Shown here: positions 1 through 10,156 of the stretch, in pieces | Layout: each line of letters opens with the position of its first letter | Numbering within the stretch: position 1 is the first letter of the stretch | Virus record (IMG/VR): IMGVR_UViG_2671180921_000030 | Span: 1 to 45,744 of that record | Direction: 5' to 3' (one strand) | DNA length: 45,744 bases | Origin: a virus | Taxonomy: Duplodnaviria > Heunggongvirae > Uroviricota > Caudoviricetes | Translations under genes and position numbers: made by a program | Notes under the pieces: generated by a model | What the model was told of the DNA's origin: nothing | Databases searched by the model: none | Seen by the model: the letters and a program-made list of their open reading frames with translations, nothing else

Positions 1-342
1 ATGATGAAAAAAAGTATTCTGGCGTTTCTGTTACTCACCAGTTCTGCAGCGGCGCTGGCTGCACCGCAGGTGATTACCGTCAGCCGTTTTGAAGTGGGTA
101 AAGACAAATGGGCGTTTAATCGCGAAGAGGTGATGCTGACTTGCCGACCGGGTAATGCTTTGTATGTCATCAACCCAAGTACCCTCGTGCAGTATCCTTT
201 AAACGATATCGCACAAAAGGAAGTTGCCAGTGGGAAGACTAAAGCCCAACCCATTTCGGTGATTCAGATTGATGATCCTAACAATCCCGGCGAAAAAATG
301 AGTCTGGCACCGTTTATAGAACGAGCTGAAAAACTCTGTTAA
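1..342 (+). CDS. yebY: YebY-like exported protein, chromosomal flank
   Basis: ORF 1..342 with N-terminal signal peptide ([20 protein letters not shown]); matches my recollection of 113-aa enterobacterial YebY; hairpin terminator follows. Confidence 0.7.
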   Translation: MMKKSILAFLLLTSSAAALAAPQVITVSRFEVGKDKWAFNREEVMLTCRPGNALYVINPSTLVQYPLNDIAQKEVASGKTKAQPISVIQIDDPNNPGEKMSLAPFIERAEKLC

Positions 343-375
343 TTACCTAAAATAGCCTTTTGATTTCCAATAAAA

Positions 376-413
376 AAACCGCCTCAGTTCTTTCACCAGA
401 ACGGGCGGTTTTT
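376..413 (+). terminator. Rho-independent terminator after yebY
   Basis: Interrupted GC stem (ccgcc..gttct/agaac..ggcgg) followed by a T run. Confidence 0.5.
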
Positions 414-500
414 AACATTTCAGCTGATGACCACCACGCTTTTTATTGACCATTTTGCACGCAAACTGGAAAACCTGGCGTCGTCATCTATTCTTAAAGG

Positions 501-603
501 GCAAGGCAACTAAGCCTGCATTAATGCCAACTTTTAGCGCATGGCTCTCTCCCAAGAGCCATTTCCCTGGACCGAATACAGGAATCGTATTCGGTCTCTT
601 TTT
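501..603 (+). ncRNA. sdsR: SdsR (RyeB) small RNA
   Basis: gcaaggcaactaagcctgcattaatgcc...ccgaatacaggaatcgtattcggtctcttttt matches my recollection of SdsR, including the terminal hairpin and U tail; lies between yebY and the prophage. Confidence 0.7.
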
Positions 604-604
604 A
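578..604. repeat. attL core (left copy of a 27-bp direct repeat)
   Basis: ACAGGAATCGTATTCGGTCTCTTTTTA here and ACAGGAATCGTGTTCGGTCTCTTTTTA at 44652..44678 (26/27 identical); integrase gene is adjacent. Confidence 0.6.
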
Positions 605-636
605 ATTGTATTTAAAATCAATTAGTTGCAAGCATC

Positions 637-656
637 TCCCCGAAATTCCCCGAAAT
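637..656. promoter_or_regulatory. Tandem TCCCCGAAAT repeats, candidate integrase arm-type sites
   Basis: Two tandem copies between attL core and int; related TCCCGAAATT near attR (44506..44515). Confidence 0.3.
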
Positions 657-734
657 TTACTCGAATTTCTGTATTCCGGTCTTTTTTGGTTATATCACAA
701 CCAATATACATTTAACAATCCATTTACGTTAAAA

Positions 735-1811
735 TCAGAGCAGTAAGTACGTTTTTTCTCGCTCATCAAGATACATTTTTGTTGTCTTCTCCGATGTGTG
801 ACCAAGTAGGCGCTGGGCAAATTCTTCTCCACATGTTTCTTTGTACAATCGTCCAGCCAGACTTCTGATCTCGTGAAAAGTTGGTGGGTTTTCACTGAAC
901 TGAATACCTGTTAATTTTCTGGCTGCGACAAATTTTTTTGTCAGGCCATCCGGGTGAATGCTGCCGTCAGGGCTGTTTTTTCTAATCCCGGCACTGATTA
1001 GATAATCTCCCCGGCTTACCAGGCGGCACCGTTCAACTACTGTACCAAGCCGTAGACCAGCGACAGGAAGGCTGAGTGACAGGGGGATAGCAATCATCAT
1101 TCCTGTCTTAATTTGCCTGATGTGGAGACGATCATCATAAATATCACTGAACCGCATATTCGTTATGTCTTCGCGACGTTGTCCTGTTACAAGGGCTAAA
1201 TCCATAGCTAATGGGAACCATGCCGGAAGTTGATCTGCTGCCTCCCTGATGCAGTTGTATGTCTTTAGTTTCAGTCGTTCTCTTGTAACTACTATTTTCG
1301 GTGCTCTTGTTGGCGTTACTGGATTTTGAGATATACGTCCTTCAACAATGGCCTCGCGAAACATATCAGACAACACAGAACGCATTGATCCTGCCATTGT
1401 GTTTTTCCCTCCTTCAATCCACAAATCAAGAAACTCGGCAATATGGCGAGTGGTTATTTCTGTCAGTAAAATCCCTCCCAATTTTTCTTTTATTGTCTCC
1501 AGTTGATTTACCCGAATTTTATAAGTATTTCTGGACACTTTTCTCCTTATAAGAATCGTTTTGTAACGTTCAATCCAGTCTGCCATAGTAAATGAGTCGA
1601 ACCCTTTAAGCTTTTCAATTAAGGCAGCAGGAGAGTAGTTTTTGTATATATAATGATTTGCTTCAATTGCCTGCGCTACTGCATCTCTTCTTGAAATTTT
1701 ACCTAGTGTAAATTCTTCTTTCGTCAGAGGGTTGCGCCAGTAATATGCTTTGTCCCTCCTTCGATATGTTAAGTTTTTAGGCAAATTGGGATCGTATTTT
1801 TTCCGCTGCAT
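735..1811 (-). CDS. int: Tyrosine integrase (lambda Int family)
   Basis: 358-aa ORF; C-terminal catalytic region with R..HxxR..Y context ([15 protein letters not shown]); adjacent to attL and xis. Confidence 0.9.
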   Translation of the reverse strand: MQRKKYDPNLPKNLTYRRRDKAYYWRNPLTKEEFTLGKISRRDAVAQAIEANHYIYKNYSPAALIEKLKGFDSFTMADWIERYKTILIRRKVSRNTYKIRVNQLETIKEKLGGILLTEITTRHIAEFLDLWIEGGKNTMAGSMRSVLSDMFREAIVEGRISQNPVTPTRAPKIVVTRERLKLKTYNCIREAADQLPAWFPLAMDLALVTGQRREDITNMRFSDIYDDRLHIRQIKTGMMIAIPLSLSLPVAGLRLGTVVERCRLVSRGDYLISAGIRKNSPDGSIHPDGLTKKFVAARKLTGIQFSENPPTFHEIRSLAGRLYKETCGEEFAQRLLGHTSEKTTKMYLDEREKTYLLL

Positions 1812-2064
1812 GTTTTAACTTCTCCAGTAACGGACTGTCTCTCCCTTGTCGCCCATTAGGCTGATGGTGTGTTATATCGGTATCAACCTTATTTGGGTTG
1901 ATATAGAAAGCCTCCGGAACCACTCTGTAACTCCTCCCGTGTAGTTCAGGTGCAGGATAAATGTTTCCATTCCTTGCCCATCGTCTCAGCGTTGATATTG
2001 ATGGTGGGTTATCCGGATATCTGAGTTTTCCCCACGTTTTGAGTGTCACAAGATTCATTGCCAT
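1777..2064 (-). CDS. xis: Excisionase
   Basis: 95-aa ORF directly upstream of and overlapping int; small basic protein typical of Xis/AlpA-like excisionases. Confidence 0.65.
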   Translation of the reverse strand: MAMNLVTLKTWGKLRYPDNPPSISTLRRWARNGNIYPAPELHGRSYRVVPEAFYINPNKVDTDITHHQPNGRQGRDSPLLEKLKHAAEKIRSQFA

Positions 2065-2164
2065 ACCTCTTACGATATGACCGCCAGTAAATATACAGAA
2101 TACTGGCGGGTGTGGTTGATTTTTAATAATCAGCTATGAAGTTCTAATTTGTATATAATGCAAC

Positions 2165-2353
2165 TCACGAGGACAGAAGTTTCTCGCAATTAAAATTTAT
2201 CAGCTTTACTTTCTGCTCTCTGGACACGCCTGCTTCTTTTTTCCCTGAGAGCATTTTTTCGCATTCTGATTTCGTTAATTTAGATTTTGAATATCTTGTC
2301 CAGTTAGTAGGAGTGCCACCTTCCTTTTCAATAGTGGCAGTAATTTTATACAT
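2165..2353 (-). CDS. YdaC-like small phage protein
   Basis: Start trimmed to the ATG preceded by GGAGGTG; overlaps ralR stop; position as in Rac prophage. Confidence 0.45.
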   Translation of the reverse strand: MYKITATIEKEGGTPTNWTRYSKSKLTKSECEKMLSGKKEAGVSREQKVKLINFNCEKLLSS

Positions 2354-2540
2354 GAACACCTCCATTATTATTTCCAGTAGTTCGTTTATTCCATCTTTCG
2401 AGTGCTTCTTTTTCACTTCCACTATAGCCGGTTCGGGATTCGCATCCGTTACACTTTGCGCGGTAATATCCTGAAATGGCTTTCACCGTAACAGATGGAC
2501 AACCACAAAACGGACATGGTTTAACATCGTCATATCTCAT
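2346..2540 (-). CDS. ralR: Restriction alleviation protein Lar/RalR
   Basis: 64-aa product MRYDDVKPCPFCGC...GGVHV with Cys-rich motif; matches recollection of Rac RalR; start chosen by homology, no strong SD. Confidence 0.65.
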   Translation of the reverse strand: MRYDDVKPCPFCGCPSVTVKAISGYYRAKCNGCESRTGYSGSEKEALERWNKRTTGNNNGGVHV

Positions 2541-2596
2541 AATTTTTGTCATAAAAACTGTCTCACGTTGGCGGTGCATTACACCGCCTGGCTGAA

Positions 2597-3406
2597 TTAT
2601 TCTTCTGAATTATCGATTACACTGTATTCCCCGGTTAATACAGAGGAGTCTGCCGGATCGATTGTCAGTGGTTCCTTTTCATCCATTGATACTGCACGCT
2701 GGATTTCAATTGAGACAGGCAGGTATTTAAACAGGCGACGAATAGCCGTTTTTTTTGCCATTTCTTCCCAGTGAGTTACCCACGGCCCGTTATTACCTGC
2801 CTTACTCTGGCTGCGCACCAGTTCAATCTGTTTGCGCGTCATAACTTCAAACTGAGTCCCTCCGTCTTTCAGTCTTGCGACAGCATAGACGTGGGTCACT
2901 GGTGCATCTTCGTTTTCTCCCGGGCGGTGTATTAACTTTTCATCAAGGCCAAATTCAAAACTAAACTCGTCACCTTCACGGACAACACGGGCTGACAGGC
3001 TGGCGATTTGACCAGAACGGCGAGCCAGATCAATCATGCCGCGATAACCAATGATTAGCTGAACGTTCTTTTTACCGCTCTTTTCGTTTTTATTACCAAA
3101 AGGCAGTAAATATGCGTGGCCGAGGGCGCTACCTGGCTCAAGGCCGAGCTGTGAACACTGAACGATCGCACTGACAAAACTCATGGTGTCACAGTTTCCT
3201 AGCGCCGGAACCTTACGAATTTCTGTAGTGGCGATACGTATCATTCGTTCAGCCGTCATATGGCGTGGGAGAGCTGCTGCCAGTTGCTCTTTCATTGATG
3301 GCTGATTAATAAAGCTGATCACGTCGTTATTTTTTACTGCTGCTGGTGCACGGTTTCCCTGAGTTTTTTGCAGATCGGCTTTTGCGATAGGCGGTTGCTT
3401 AGTCAT
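2597..3406 (-). CDS. recT: RecT single-strand annealing protein
   Basis: Product begins [14 protein letters not shown], 269 aa; ORF trimmed to the second ATG; overlaps recE stop. Confidence 0.9.
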   Translation of the reverse strand: MTKQPPIAKADLQKTQGNRAPAAVKNNDVISFINQPSMKEQLAAALPRHMTAERMIRIATTEIRKVPALGNCDTMSFVSAIVQCSQLGLEPGSALGHAYLLPFGNKNEKSGKKNVQLIIGYRGMIDLARRSGQIASLSARVVREGDEFSFEFGLDEKLIHRPGENEDAPVTHVYAVARLKDGGTQFEVMTRKQIELVRSQSKAGNNGPWVTHWEEMAKKTAIRRLFKYLPVSIEIQRAVSMDEKEPLTIDPADSSVLTGEYSVIDNSEE

Positions 3407-6071
3407 TTGCATACTCCTTAGCCCAGCGGGGCAGTGATAACGTTTTAATAGCTGGCCATTCATCGGTATTCAGGCAGTCAGCCAGGGTCCTCAGATTGCG
3501 GTGATATTCCTGCTGGCCTGCCAGTTTTGCTTCTTCGCCCATCATGAAAATCTCAACCGGGTAACGTCCGCATTCAACAGTTGTGCTGGCAACCAGAAAA
3601 ACGAAAGTTGGCAGCACACCAAACTGTGCTTCATAACCGTCACTGTAGAATGCATCCTGAACGTGATAGCGGTAGTCGTAATAAGCCGTTTTGAATCGTT
3701 GAATATCCGCTGTGGTTTTCACGTCCATGATCCAGTGAAATTCAGGAATAATTTTGTCCGGACGGCACCGACACAAAATTCCTGTTTCCGGATCTTCCCA
3801 GTAAATTGATGATTCAGCGTGTCCGGCGCTTTCCACAAGCCATTGACCCAGCGGCAAAGCCATAACGCTCTGATACATGAGTTCAATTTTCCGGCCTTCT
3901 TCGGCAGTGATAACCGTTTTTCCTGTGCTTGCGCATTCCATCAGAAACGCTTTCTCTTCTTCTTTTCCGGCGTTTGTACGGCGGTTAAATTCAGGTGCTA
4001 CGATAAAGCGGTTACTGAATTCTTCCGGTTCAAGTACACGGCAGTGGAAAGCGGTTCCTAAATCGAGCGTTTTTGTCTTTGTGGTGTCCACAGGGGCATT
4101 TTTACGCCACAAATACAGCGCCGGAGTATCAGCAATGTCGTCGAGCTGAGACTTACTGACACCGGGACCCGCGTGGTAATTCTCATTCGAAATTCCGTAA
4201 TAAATACCAGGCTCTATGTCTCCTGCGATTACGGGATCTGCGACTTCGCCAGTTTCATCACTGCAATCGCGATGCAGATCGCTGCCAGCATTCTCATTGT
4301 GCGGATGTTCAGGGCCTTCCATTTCCTCCGGCTCTTTTTCCTGAGATTCATCCAGATTTTCTTCATTAAAGGTTTCCTGATACGTTGCGTCGCCCATCAC
4401 CGCGCCACAGTCAGGACAGTTGCCGCCGCCAGCCTGACCGCAGGCATTGCAGACTTTTTCCAGTTCCTGTTGCGCTTCTGGTTCATTTTGTCGCGCATTT
4501 TGGCCGTTTTGTTCCGATTTTCGGTCGTTCTGTTCTGTTTCTGGCTGATGCTGGTACACAGAATCGCGGGTCTGGATCCCTTTAACCCATTTCGGATCAT
4601 TCGGGTCGCTAATCCCTTCAACAAATTCTCCGCGAGAGGCAGCCAGTAATTTGTCTGCATCGACAGGATTTTTGGGCGGAATGTTTTTCCGGGCTTCATG
4701 GAGTTCTGCCCGCAGTTTCTGATATTTCGCATCAACAGAATTTACCTGTGACTGAGCATCCAGCGGCTGCGTGTCCTGATGATGTTCAGTTGCATCCGGT
4801 TCCACTGTTTCAGCCGTTGCCTGTTCATCTGCCATTGCGCAAGATGGTTGCGGTTTTTCTTCATCATCCTGTTTTTCTTCTTCTGTTACACGCTGCGGCA
4901 TCGGGGCAGAGGAGCGACCGCAGGCAATATCCACGATTTCCGGATCAGGGTTGGCATGATCGGTTTCAGTCAGTACTTTGTTCAGATATTCAGTGACGTG
5001 TGCGGGGATGACCTCGATCCCAATTGGTGCTTCTTTTACGGACGCAACCACGATGGCGCGGGAATAATCCAGCCCGCCAGGCATGGTGATGAATTTGTCG
5101 CGGAAAACAGAAAAGGGCGGTTTATTTTCAGCGATAATTTCCTCGACACGTTTAGCGTGTGCCGGATGAAGGTTATAAATGTCCACGTCCATTGAACGAG
5201 CCAGTACGCCAGTGGCTACGTCGCGCGCCAGTGACGTCAGATCGTGAACGAAACCTTCGCCGCGATCGGTGAGGTTCCCGCCGCCAGCATTAGCGCCGGA
5301 AGCCGTGCGCGTGATGCGTGAAACACGATTTCCTTTTCGCCATTCTTTTGTCAGAAGACTGCGATCAATGTGTTCGGTATCCAGCCAGGCTGAAATGAAA
5401 TTCTTAAATTCATAGGGCTGATGTTTTTTCGTGATAGAGAACACTGCCTTAATTGCATCAGTCAGGCGGAGCAGGGCGGCATTATCCAGAGTTGTCGGTT
5501 CTGCCATGCTGCGTATGGCCAACAGCAGATTCTGGACATAGCTGTTTTCCTGATCCATCTCAAGAGCAGTAATGTGTTTGCGTTGTTCACGGGTGGCATG
5601 ATGCAGGTATTTCCGATCCCCGGCTGCATACGTAAATATGTGCAGAAGACGCTGTGTGAACCGCAAAGTGGCTACAGAGACTTCGCAATCCTGGCAATCC
5701 TCGTGGGCGTCTGCCTGCGCGTTTTCTTCCTGGCCTCCCGCCAGTTCTTTGGTTTCTTGAGCATTATCCTGGTGGTGAACGTCGTCTGGCGCTGCTCCCG
5801 GTTTTAGTTCCCAGGTCATGGAGTCTTTGCTGAGTTGATAGCGGTCACTCCAGGTAAAATCGATCTCACCTTCAGGGGGAAGGTCATTAACGACAGGAAA
5901 ATTCGTGGCAACAGGTTTAAAATAGCTGCTCAGTTTTTTGCCTGACTTAACGAGCAGGTAGTCCAGAGTGGCACAGGTCGATTCAAGATCGTCGCTTGCC
6001 CACAGGACGACGTCAGGTTCACCGGATGATTTTTTCGCTTTCCGTAACAGGAAGAGTGGTTTTGTGCTCAT
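3399..6071 (-). CDS. recE: Exodeoxyribonuclease VIII (RecE)
   Basis: 890-aa ORF beginning [14 protein letters not shown]; acidic linker region; upstream of and overlapping recT. Confidence 0.85.
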   Translation of the reverse strand: MSTKPLFLLRKAKKSSGEPDVVLWASDDLESTCATLDYLLVKSGKKLSSYFKPVATNFPVVNDLPPEGEIDFTWSDRYQLSKDSMTWELKPGAAPDDVHHQDNAQETKELAGGQEENAQADAHEDCQDCEVSVATLRFTQRLLHIFTYAAGDRKYLHHATREQRKHITALEMDQENSYVQNLLLAIRSMAEPTTLDNAALLRLTDAIKAVFSITKKHQPYEFKNFISAWLDTEHIDRSLLTKEWRKGNRVSRITRTASGANAGGGNLTDRGEGFVHDLTSLARDVATGVLARSMDVDIYNLHPAHAKRVEEIIAENKPPFSVFRDKFITMPGGLDYSRAIVVASVKEAPIGIEVIPAHVTEYLNKVLTETDHANPDPEIVDIACGRSSAPMPQRVTEEEKQDDEEKPQPSCAMADEQATAETVEPDATEHHQDTQPLDAQSQVNSVDAKYQKLRAELHEARKNIPPKNPVDADKLLAASRGEFVEGISDPNDPKWVKGIQTRDSVYQHQPETEQNDRKSEQNGQNARQNEPEAQQELEKVCNACGQAGGGNCPDCGAVMGDATYQETFNEENLDESQEKEPEEMEGPEHPHNENAGSDLHRDCSDETGEVADPVIAGDIEPGIYYGISNENYHAGPGVSKSQLDDIADTPALYLWRKNAPVDTTKTKTLDLGTAFHCRVLEPEEFSNRFIVAPEFNRRTNAGKEEEKAFLMECASTGKTVITAEEGRKIELMYQSVMALPLGQWLVESAGHAESSIYWEDPETGILCRCRPDKIIPEFHWIMDVKTTADIQRFKTAYYDYRYHVQDAFYSDGYEAQFGVLPTFVFLVASTTVECGRYPVEIFMMGEEAKLAGQQEYHRNLRTLADCLNTDEWPAIKTLSLPRWAKEYAND

Positions 6072-6201
6072 TGTTTTTTAACCTCAACTCAGATTAAAAT
6101 TCGTTTTGTTCAGTGAATGATCTTGCCGGATACACACTGTTCATAGCCTGCGTATGGCGCAGGCTATTTCTTTCAGATTTCACCGCCTAATTTCATTGCA
6201 A

Positions 6202-6447
6202 TCAGAGTTGCCAGAAATCCGGCTTTTTTTCTGCGGGCAGATTCTTTCCGATGTGAACCAGGCACATTTTTGTGACACCTTCATCAAGTGTTTTTACGTT
6301 GCCTGATGGACCGTCGATATCAACCACAGTGAATGGGGTTTCTTTATTTTCTGTTTTAATCACGTAGCCAATACGCTTTCCTTCCAGATTAACCTCGTGA
6401 ACAATGTCATCGGTCGTTACAACAGTGGCTTCATAACTGGTAATCAT
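6202..6447 (-). CDS. racC: RacC-like protein
   Basis: Start trimmed to MITSYEATVV preceded by AAGGAG; Rac-like position between recE and ydaE. Confidence 0.55.
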   Translation of the reverse strand: MITSYEATVVTTDDIVHEVNLEGKRIGYVIKTENKETPFTVVDIDGPSGNVKTLDEGVTKMCLVHIGKNLPAEKKPDFWQL

Positions 6448-6521
6448 GTTTTTCTCCTTAATTAAGGTTGAGCGAATCCCTGCCATTGCTGGCATAAATT
6501 TAGTTTCGGATAGTCAGTTAA

Positions 6522-6698
6522 TTAAAGTTCGTGTGCCATCTGGTCTTTTTCGGCACAGATTTCACTACAATATTTTTTCATTTCCGTCGTTGGTATAACT
6601 CCACGCATGAAATGAAGTGGTCTTGTAATGATTTTGCTTTCTTCAATTTCTTTATTGCAAAGGTGATAAGCACATTTTATTTTCTTAGTCATCACCAT
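6522..6698 (-). CDS. ydaE: YdaE-like Cys-rich small protein
   Basis: 58-aa ORF not in the track ([20 protein letters not shown]...[15 protein letters not shown]) found by translating the minus strand; overlaps kilR stop. Confidence 0.5.
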   Translation of the reverse strand: MVMTKKIKCAYHLCNKEIEESKIITRPLHFMRGVIPTTEMKKYCSEICAEKDQMAHEL

Positions 6699-6913
6699 GA
6701 CTCCGCCTTTACAGGTAAACCATCACGACCGAGGAAGACTTTAATCATGCAGTCAGTAATGCATGTTTTTGTGGTCAGGTTACGAATATAAAGTTTTCGC
6801 TTTTTAATATTGTTTGCCGAGGCAATATATGTCCGGCCTTCATGAAGAACATAATCGCCAGGAGTCACACACTGACGTGGTATTTCATCAGTTCCGAAGT
6901 GATGAGCAATCAT
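6692..6913 (-). CDS. kilR: Killing protein KilR (cell division inhibitor)
   Basis: 73-aa product [30 protein letters not shown] matches recollection of Rac KilR. Confidence 0.7.
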   Translation of the reverse strand: MIAHHFGTDEIPRQCVTPGDYVLHEGRTYIASANNIKKRKLYIRNLTTKTCITDCMIKVFLGRDGLPVKAESW

Positions 6914-7380
6914 AATTATCTCCATTTTTACAAATGAACTTTGTTGATGCGGTGCCTGGTGCCTCCAGGTGACGTTAACCAGTTAACAATTAACGCCGGA
7001 ATACAGGGACCCGCCTGCAAGTACCTACCCATAAGTATTGATACGGAGAACAAATGGCCTTTTAACTGTTCCGCGTGCGCTTAGCCGCATTCACCGCATC
7101 ACAAAATTCACTTTAAAAAGGGCGGACATCAGCCAGCAATGAAACTGATGCCGCCAAAAGGTAATCAACATGGGTTGTTGCAGCGGGGTTGTCACTTAAG
7201 CGTATGGTCAGCCTGACAACCCGGTGTTATCTCGAGGAAAGGATAGCCTCGCCATACTTACCGCCGCGCCATTTCGCGGATTGCCACAACCGGAAGCGCA
7301 CGGTCGAAGAAATTTAACGACAAGCCTTCTAAGGGAAAAACACCTCCTCCGTGCGCTTTCGTGTTGTGCGCCTGTCTTTT

Positions 7381-7409
7381 TTTACCACTTCAGGCTCGGT
7401 GGTATACTG
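7381..7409 (+). promoter_or_regulatory. Sigma70-like promoter (TTTACC, 17 nt, TATACT)
   Basis: Hexamers with 17-nt spacing about 35 nt upstream of ORF 7443..7637. Confidence 0.35.
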
Positions 7410-7442
7410 GAGTTCTCACACAACCAGTAATAAGGTATTCCG

Positions 7443-7637
7443 ATGGATAATAAAGACAAAGCCTGGCTACTTGCTTTAGCTTTCAGCATCAGATCGCAGC
7501 GAGAAACAACTCATCAAGAATTTTTCTCGGAAATCGAGAATGCTGAGAATGAGTTTTTGTCACTACTCAATGAACGTGATGCTAAAAAAAGCGCCGATTC
7601 ACTTAAGGCTTGGGCGAAACTAGGCTCTTCAAAATAA
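7443..7637 (+). CDS. Hypothetical small protein with own promoter
   Basis: 64-aa ORF with non-repetitive sequence and AAGG upstream; convergent overlap with 7603..7821. Confidence 0.35.
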   Translation: MDNKDKAWLLALAFSIRSQRETTHQEFFSEIENAENEFLSLLNERDAKKSADSLKAWAKLGSSK

Positions 7638-7821
7638 TTGCTTCTGTAGCGGCATGAACAACTGTTTTTGCCGCCTCTTCAACTTCCTTGTCTGGACGAC
7701 CAGCCTTTACTTTTTCTGCAATGACCTCCAGCACAGTTGGAAGAACCTTGCTAATAAGCATGGCTGCCACATCTTTGCTGCACAATTGACCGTTAATAAC
7801 AACCAGATCTTCACCAACCAT
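7603..7821 (-). CDS. Hypothetical early-region protein
   Basis: Trimmed to ATG preceded by AAGGGG; lies between the repressor and kilR. Confidence 0.4.
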   Translation of the reverse strand: MVGEDLVVINGQLCSKDVAAMLISKVLPTVLEVIAEKVKAGRPDKEVEEAAKTVVHAATEAIILKSLVSPKP

Positions 7822-8065
7822 CTTTTTTCCCCTTAACGCCGGGTGGCGGAACGTTTTATCTACTGCGCTTTGTATCAATCAACAACTGCCGTCATGTTCG
7901 TATGCCTCAGGCTGGCTACTTAGCCCTGTTCAGTGGCTGGATAACTCGAGGTATTGTCCTGCCGTTCTCTGGTGGAGCGTTGTTTGGATATGACGAATGC
8001 TCACATATCGTGAGTGATTTGTCAACTCAATATGTGAACAATGTTGTTTTTGGATTTTTGATGGA

Positions 8066-8099
8066 CAAAAAAAGCCCTCGCTAATAGCGAGAGCTTTTT
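8066..8099 (-). terminator. Terminator downstream of the repressor gene
   Basis: GC stem gccctcgc/gcgagagc flanked by A7 and T5. Confidence 0.45.
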
Positions 8100-8125
8100 G
8101 ATTGGAATCGAGGGAGATTAAAGGT

Positions 8126-8515
8126 TTAGGAGGATTTTTTCTGTTGCCTGCTTCTTAGATATTTTTCCACATACTCATCAAGCTCTTGAAGACGGATTTC
8201 GAACAGATCAATCATGCGTGCTTGTTCTGATCCCGGGAGCTGATTAAACAGCTCTAGCATTTTTTTCTGGTTATCATTTAACCATGAGTACGTGTTTTCC
8301 TGTTCACCGAACATTAATTCTGCGGGGGAAATGCCTAGTACTTGGCCGAGGATGATCGCATCCTCAGCCCCCACACTCCTGGTGCCAGCTTCGTAGTTAG
8401 CAATACGAGAAGAACCTGACCAACCACATAGTTTTGCCAGGTTTCCCATACTTAATCCTCGATTTAGGCGAGTGGCTTTTAGGCGCTCGCCTATTTGTTC
8501 TGCAATCGTTTTCAT
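8126..8515 (-). CDS. CI-like HTH (XRE family) repressor
   Basis: Trimmed to MKTIAEQIGERLKATRLNRGLSMGNLAKLCGWSGSSRIANYE (helix-turn-helix); divergent from Cro-like gene. Confidence 0.7.
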   Translation of the reverse strand: MKTIAEQIGERLKATRLNRGLSMGNLAKLCGWSGSSRIANYEAGTRSVGAEDAIILGQVLGISPAELMFGEQENTYSWLNDNQKKMLELFNQLPGSEQARMIDLFEIRLQELDEYVEKYLRSRQQKKSS

Positions 8516-8609
8516 AGTTCCGATTTTATCACGATGTGTGAAATTGGCGGTACTCACGTATCTGTAGTTGATCTCACTCACGAAATGTGAATAATAGAAA
8601 CAGGAGGTA
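8516..8609. promoter_or_regulatory. Immunity-region divergent promoter/operator interval
   Basis: 94-bp gap between divergent repressor and cro-like genes with repeated ACTCACG and TGTGAA motifs. Confidence 0.4.
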
Positions 8610-8855
8610 ATGATGAACAAAATTTCAACATATCGAAAACAGCTTGGGCTGTCTCAAAGACAACTTGCTGTTCAGTTAGGGTGGATACAAAGCCGACTGG
8701 CAAATTACGAAGCAAATTTTCGTACCCCTGGGCTAGAGGAGTGCAGAAAAATTGTTTCTACCCTTAATCGGCTTGGTGCTCATTGTGGACTTGACGATGT
8801 ATTCCCCCCTGACGGTAAGCATAGCGAAAACAGCATAGGAGCGGTTGATTCATGA
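8610..8855 (+). CDS. Cro/YdaS-like HTH protein
   Basis: HTH signature QLGLSQRQLAVQLGWIQSRLANYE; AGGAGG upstream; true start may be the second ATG at 8613. Confidence 0.6.
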   Translation: MMNKISTYRKQLGLSQRQLAVQLGWIQSRLANYEANFRTPGLEECRKIVSTLNRLGAHCGLDDVFPPDGKHSENSIGAVDS

Positions 8856-9278
8856 AAATCAAGCATGAGCACATCGAATCAGTGTTGTTAGCCCTGGCAG
8901 CCGAAAAAGGGCAGGCGTGGGTCGCTAACGCAATTACTGAAGAATATCTGCGCCAGGGGGGGGGGCGGCGAATTGCCCCTTGTACCAGGCAAGGACTGGA
9001 ACAATCAGCAGAATATCTATCACCGTTGGTTGAAAGGTGAAACGAAAGCGCAAAGGGAAAAAATTCAGAAACTGATCCCTGCGGTTCTGGCAATTCTTCC
9101 GCGCGAGCTGCGTCACCGACTCTGCATCTTCGATACCCTGGAACGCCGTGCATTACTGGCGGCGCAGGAAGCGTTGAGTACGGCAATTGATGCGCATGAT
9201 GATGCAGTCCAGGCCGTTTACCGGAAAGCACATTTCAGCGGTGGTGGGTCGCCCGGCGATTCTGTCGTAGTGCATTGA
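8852..9278 (+). pseudogene. YdaT-like gene split by a frameshift at a G10 tract
   Basis: ORFs 8852..9040 and 8973..9278 in different frames overlap at the G run 8956..8965; removing one G gives one continuous reading frame. Confidence 0.5.
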
Positions 9279-9322
9279 TTGAAATTAATCGTGCCGGATT
9301 GTTTTGTTCGGTATCAGTTAAA

Positions 9323-9766
9323 TGTAACGCTGCGAGCGTTACAAGGTGAAAACAAATGGCTTCAAACTGGATAAAGCTCGAGGTTATTACGCCGGATAAG
9401 CCGGAAATATTCAGGCTTGCTGAGATTCTGAATATTGATCCAGATGCCGCATTAGGGAAGGTTATTCGCTTCTGGGCATGGGCGGATCAACAAATGATAG
9501 ACGGTAATGCAGATTGTAACGCTCGCGGCGTTACAAAAAGTGCAATAGATCGCATCACTTTTATGGCTGGTTTTGCTGATGCGTTAATTCAGGTTGGATG
9601 GCTGGTCGAAAATGACGGTGGGCTTTCTCTACCTAACTTTGAACGTCATAACGGGAAAAGCTCTAAAAAACGGGCGGTTACAAACGAGCGAGTTACAAAA
9701 ATACGCGAACTGAAACGAAAAGGTAACGCTGGCAGCGTTACACAAATGGATCAAAAAGCGTTACCA
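9323..9766. repeat. Iteron-like TGTAACGC-N5-GCGTTACA palindromes, candidate replication origin
   Basis: Palindromes at 9323..9343, 9515..9535 and 9724..9742 plus extra GTTACA half-sites at about 9675, 9689 and 9758. Confidence 0.4.
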
Positions 9767-10150
9767 GAGGAAGAGGAAGAGGAAGAGGAAGATATAAATA
9801 CTGATCTCCCCCTAAATCCCCCTCGCCAAAAACGAGCGTCTAAAAAATTTGAGCCGGAGGCTATTGAGCTGCCCGATTGGTTGCCGGAAACACTCTGGCA
9901 TGAGTGGGTCCGGTTCAGGCAGGCATTGCGAAAACCGATTCGAACGGAGCAGGGCGCTAACGGGGCGATACGGGAGCTGGAAAAATTCCGCCAGCAGGGT
10001 TTTACACCTGAGCAGGTGATTCGACACAGTATCGCCAATGAATACCAGGGCCTGTTCGCGCCGAAAGGTGTTCGGCCTGAGACGTTGCTCCGACAGGTTA
10101 ACACCGTCTCGTTGCCGGACAGTGCGATCCCGCCAGGCTTCAGGGGGTAA
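9356..10150 (+). CDS. Phage replication initiation protein
   Basis: 264-aa ORF just upstream of DnaC-like loader; internal acidic E8 stretch encoded by (GAGGAA)4; iterons inside its 5' half. Confidence 0.55.
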   Translation: MASNWIKLEVITPDKPEIFRLAEILNIDPDAALGKVIRFWAWADQQMIDGNADCNARGVTKSAIDRITFMAGFADALIQVGWLVENDGGLSLPNFERHNGKSSKKRAVTNERVTKIRELKRKGNAGSVTQMDQKALPEEEEEEEEDINTDLPLNPPRQKRASKKFEPEAIELPDWLPETLWHEWVRFRQALRKPIRTEQGANGAIRELEKFRQQGFTPEQVIRHSIANEYQGLFAPKGVRPETLLRQVNTVSLPDSAIPPGFRG

Positions 10151-10156
10151 CAGGCC

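Noticed and set aside
3501-5807. Multiple plus-strand ORFs in the track (for example 3501..3809, 4173..4649, 4779..5195, 5421..5807) inside the recE region
   Set aside because: They are antisense to the long, well-supported recE reading frame, lack SD sequences and have low-complexity or biased composition; treated as shadow ORFs
7224-7430. ORF 7224..7430 (68 aa) in the track
   Set aside because: Lies in the promoter-bearing intergenic region, has biased composition and no SD; more likely regulatory DNA than a gene
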